A stretch of 60,000 nucleotides of DNA from positions 6,016,001 to 6,076,000 of the forward strand of contig CM075996.1 in assembly GCA_038087875.1 (NCBI GenBank), written 5' to 3'. Below, piece after piece: positions 57,841-60,000 of this stretch (within the stretch, counting starts at the first letter, position 1; each line of letters starts with the position of its first letter). The notes beneath the pieces were generated by a model, which saw nothing but the letters and a program-made list of their open reading frames with translations, made no database searches and was not told the origin of the DNA. This DNA comes from Malacoraja senta. Its lineage: Eukaryota. A program made the translations under genes and the position numbers.

Positions 57841-58035
57841 TGATAGACATAAAAAGCTGGGGTAACTCAGCGGGTCACCCAGCATCTCTGGAGCGAAGGA
57901 ATAGGTGAGTCCCTTCTTCTCGACCTGAAATGTCACCTCTTCCTTTGCTCCACATATGCTGTCTGACCCACTGGGTTACTCCAGCTTTTTGTGTCTATCT
58001 TCGATTTAAACCAGCATCTGCAGCCCCTTCCTACT
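57841..58035 (+). mobile_element. 195-bp Penelope-pLTR-type insertion with inverted 5' copy and 12-bp TSD
   Basis: CATATGAACATA at 57829-40 and 58036-47; 57842-57908 is an imperfect reverse complement of ~57933-57999. Confidence 0.85.
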
Positions 58036-58329
58036 CATATGAACATAATATATAGCAGGGTTAGGATACTTGTGCCTGTGCCACATTCATTATGGCTGAT
58101 ATTTTACACCAATCATATATCCCATGATTCTCTTCGTATTTAAAATACAGTTGATCTTTGAATATAGTCTGTACTCTTGGGTACTGAATTCCAAAGATCC
58201 ATCACACTCTGAGTAAAATAATTTCTTATCACAAAGGGTCCTAAATGGCTAAATTCTTATTTTCAGGCTGATTCTAACACTCTAGCCAAGGGAAACATTA
58301 ACTCCACATCTATCCGCTGAAACCCATTA

Positions 58330-58720
58330 TAGTCATAGAGAGATACAGCAAAGAAATGAGCCTTTCCGTCCACTGAGTCTGTGCTGCCATGAAGCACCCA
58401 TTTTTACACACAATGCTGAGTGTCCCGGGTCCCGCTGAGCTACTCCAGCATTTTGTGTCGTATCTTCGGTGTAAACCAGCATCTGCAGTTCCTTCCTCCC
58501 CATTTTTTACACCCTGCCCTAACCCATTTTACTCTCCTCGTATTCTCCAGATTACATGATTCGTCTAAACATTAGGGGCAATTTACAGTGCCCATTACCC
58601 TATCAATCAATATTTTTTTGTGTGGTTGGAAGAAGCCAGAAGGAAACCATGCAGTCACAGGGAGAAGATGCAAATGCTACGCAGACTGTATTAGAGGTCA
58701 GGACTTAACCCTTGGTCACT
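58330..58720 (-). mobile_element. HE1-like SINE interrupted by an 89-bp insertion
   Basis: AGAGATACAGC..CCACTGAGTCTGTGC..GGGGCAATTTACAGTG..CCATGCAGTCACAGGGAGAA. Confidence 0.7.
58410..58498 (+). mobile_element. 89-bp Penelope-pLTR-type tail insertion with ~13-bp TSD
   Basis: CCCATTTTTACAC (58397-409) / CCCATTTTTTACAC (58499-512); body GTCCCGCTGAGCTACTCCAGCATTTTGTGTC..AAACCAGCATCTGCAGTTCC. Confidence 0.75.
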
Positions 58721-59099
58721 GTGTCGATCACCAGAATTTATTTATGTTTCAATTTAATTACCACTCATTATCCTGAATGTGGAAATATTGACACACTCTC
58801 CTTAAGTATTTCTTATACAGAAAGCTCAACATCCCAGCAATCAATTTGGCGCACCTTCACTTTGTTTTTACTATCCTTCGTCAGGTAGAGATTAGACCTG
58901 CGCACACTGTTCTCACCAGAAATCGGGGAAATCTCCATGAAAATAAAGGCCAACATACTGTTGCCTTCCAAATTGTTTGCTATACCTGCATGTTGATTTT
59001 CACTGGTTTGTATACAAGATTCTCCAGGTTTTTGTGAATACTAACACCTTTCGGTTTCACATAATTAAAATAAAACTTTTTTTATTTTAAACACTAATG

Positions 59100-60000
59100 A
59101 ATGACCTCAAATGTTTCCACATTACATTACCATGTCCATGCCTATTCTTAAATCTCTAGGGTGCCTCTGTGTATTCTTGTCAAGGGCAATGCTGACACCT
59201 AGTTTTATGTTGTCAGCAAAGTTGGGTACATTGTACTTGAGTCTCCCATCTGTATCATTGAAATAGTTTGTGAACAGCTAGGATCACCCACTAATCATGT
59301 CCTCCCAACTCAAATGTGTGTTCCACAAGTTGTTTTCTCTCCATTAACAAATCATCAATCTGTCAATTTACAACTTATCACTGTGCACTTTAATTTTGTT
59401 TAACCATTCTTATTTGTTACCATATCGAAGGACTGTTGAAAATCCAGATACATGAACATGAACTAATTCGATCTTTTCTCCACTGCTTGTTAAAGCCTAA
59501 AAAACCCTCAAATTTTACAAAAAATATTTCCCTTTCGTAAATCCATGTTAGTTCTATCCAATCCTATTATTATTATCAAATTTCCCATTGCCACACCTAA
59601 TAATAAATTACAACATTTACCCGTCAGCTTTTGTCAAACTAAATTCTGTATAATTCCAGGTGTTTTCTCCTTTCCTGTTCTAAAATAATAGGGGTCTGTC
59701 TGCTACCTTCAAATCTGAGCCGTTGTGTTAGCATTCATGAAATTTTAGTGGCTGTACCAGTTATCATCTTCCATTTCCGTAGCTATCTTGCCCAAAGCCC
59801 TTGGATGCAGTTCGTCAGGCCCAGGGAATTTACTGTCCTTCAGTTCCATCAGTACAAAACAAAAGAACAAATTAAGATTAATTTCTTTGAACCTTATTCA
59901 TTGTGGACCTTTTAATTCATTATTATTATTTTTTCTGTCTTCTGTGAAGATGGTGACACAAAATATTTGTTTATTTTCTCTTCTACTTCTTGATTCTCTA
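59100..60000 (-). mobile_element. Degraded CR1 RT region
   Basis: Antisense remnants TTGTCAGCAAA (FAD), TTTCCCTTTCGTAAATCCATG (HGFTKGK) and TCAGGCCCAGGGAATTT (SPGPD-like). Confidence 0.7.

Overview
Vertebrate genomic DNA, repeat-rich and almost certainly intronic or intergenic. The repeat families (tRNA/V-type SINEs with CR1 tails, CR1, Rex1/Babar, Penelope pLTR-type repeats, Deu-domain SINEs) suggest a cartilaginous fish, probably a skate or ray; this is inference from family recognition. No intact cellular protein-coding gene could be identified. All recognisable ORFs are transposon remnants, and the very long ORFs at 37.7-43.7 kb are microsatellite artefacts. Elements with resolvable ends: a full-length IR/DR Tc1 (9027-10661, TA TSD); a solo LTR (12566-12814, TG..CA, 5-bp TSD); a CR1 with a twin-priming-type 5' inversion (13903-15910); an AT-TSD ISL2EU-like element (17714-19364); a TAA-TSD Harbinger-like element with a 620-bp foldback (20180-21909); a Helitron-like element (44400-45633); and a ~0.9-kb non-coding retroposon (53081-53983). 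There is also a family of short TSD-flanked Penelope-pLTR-like insertions, one carrying a minimal hammerhead ribozyme core (25925-25952). A ~6.1-kb alternating purine/pyrimidine array, bracketed by a perfect 44-bp inverted repeat, has expanded inside a LINE 3' UTR. A 200-N assembly gap lies at 32176-32375. A few unique, TE-poor stretches hold candidate + strand exons, the best at 30132-30176. Family names come from motif recognition, not database searches, and boundaries of degraded elements are approximate.
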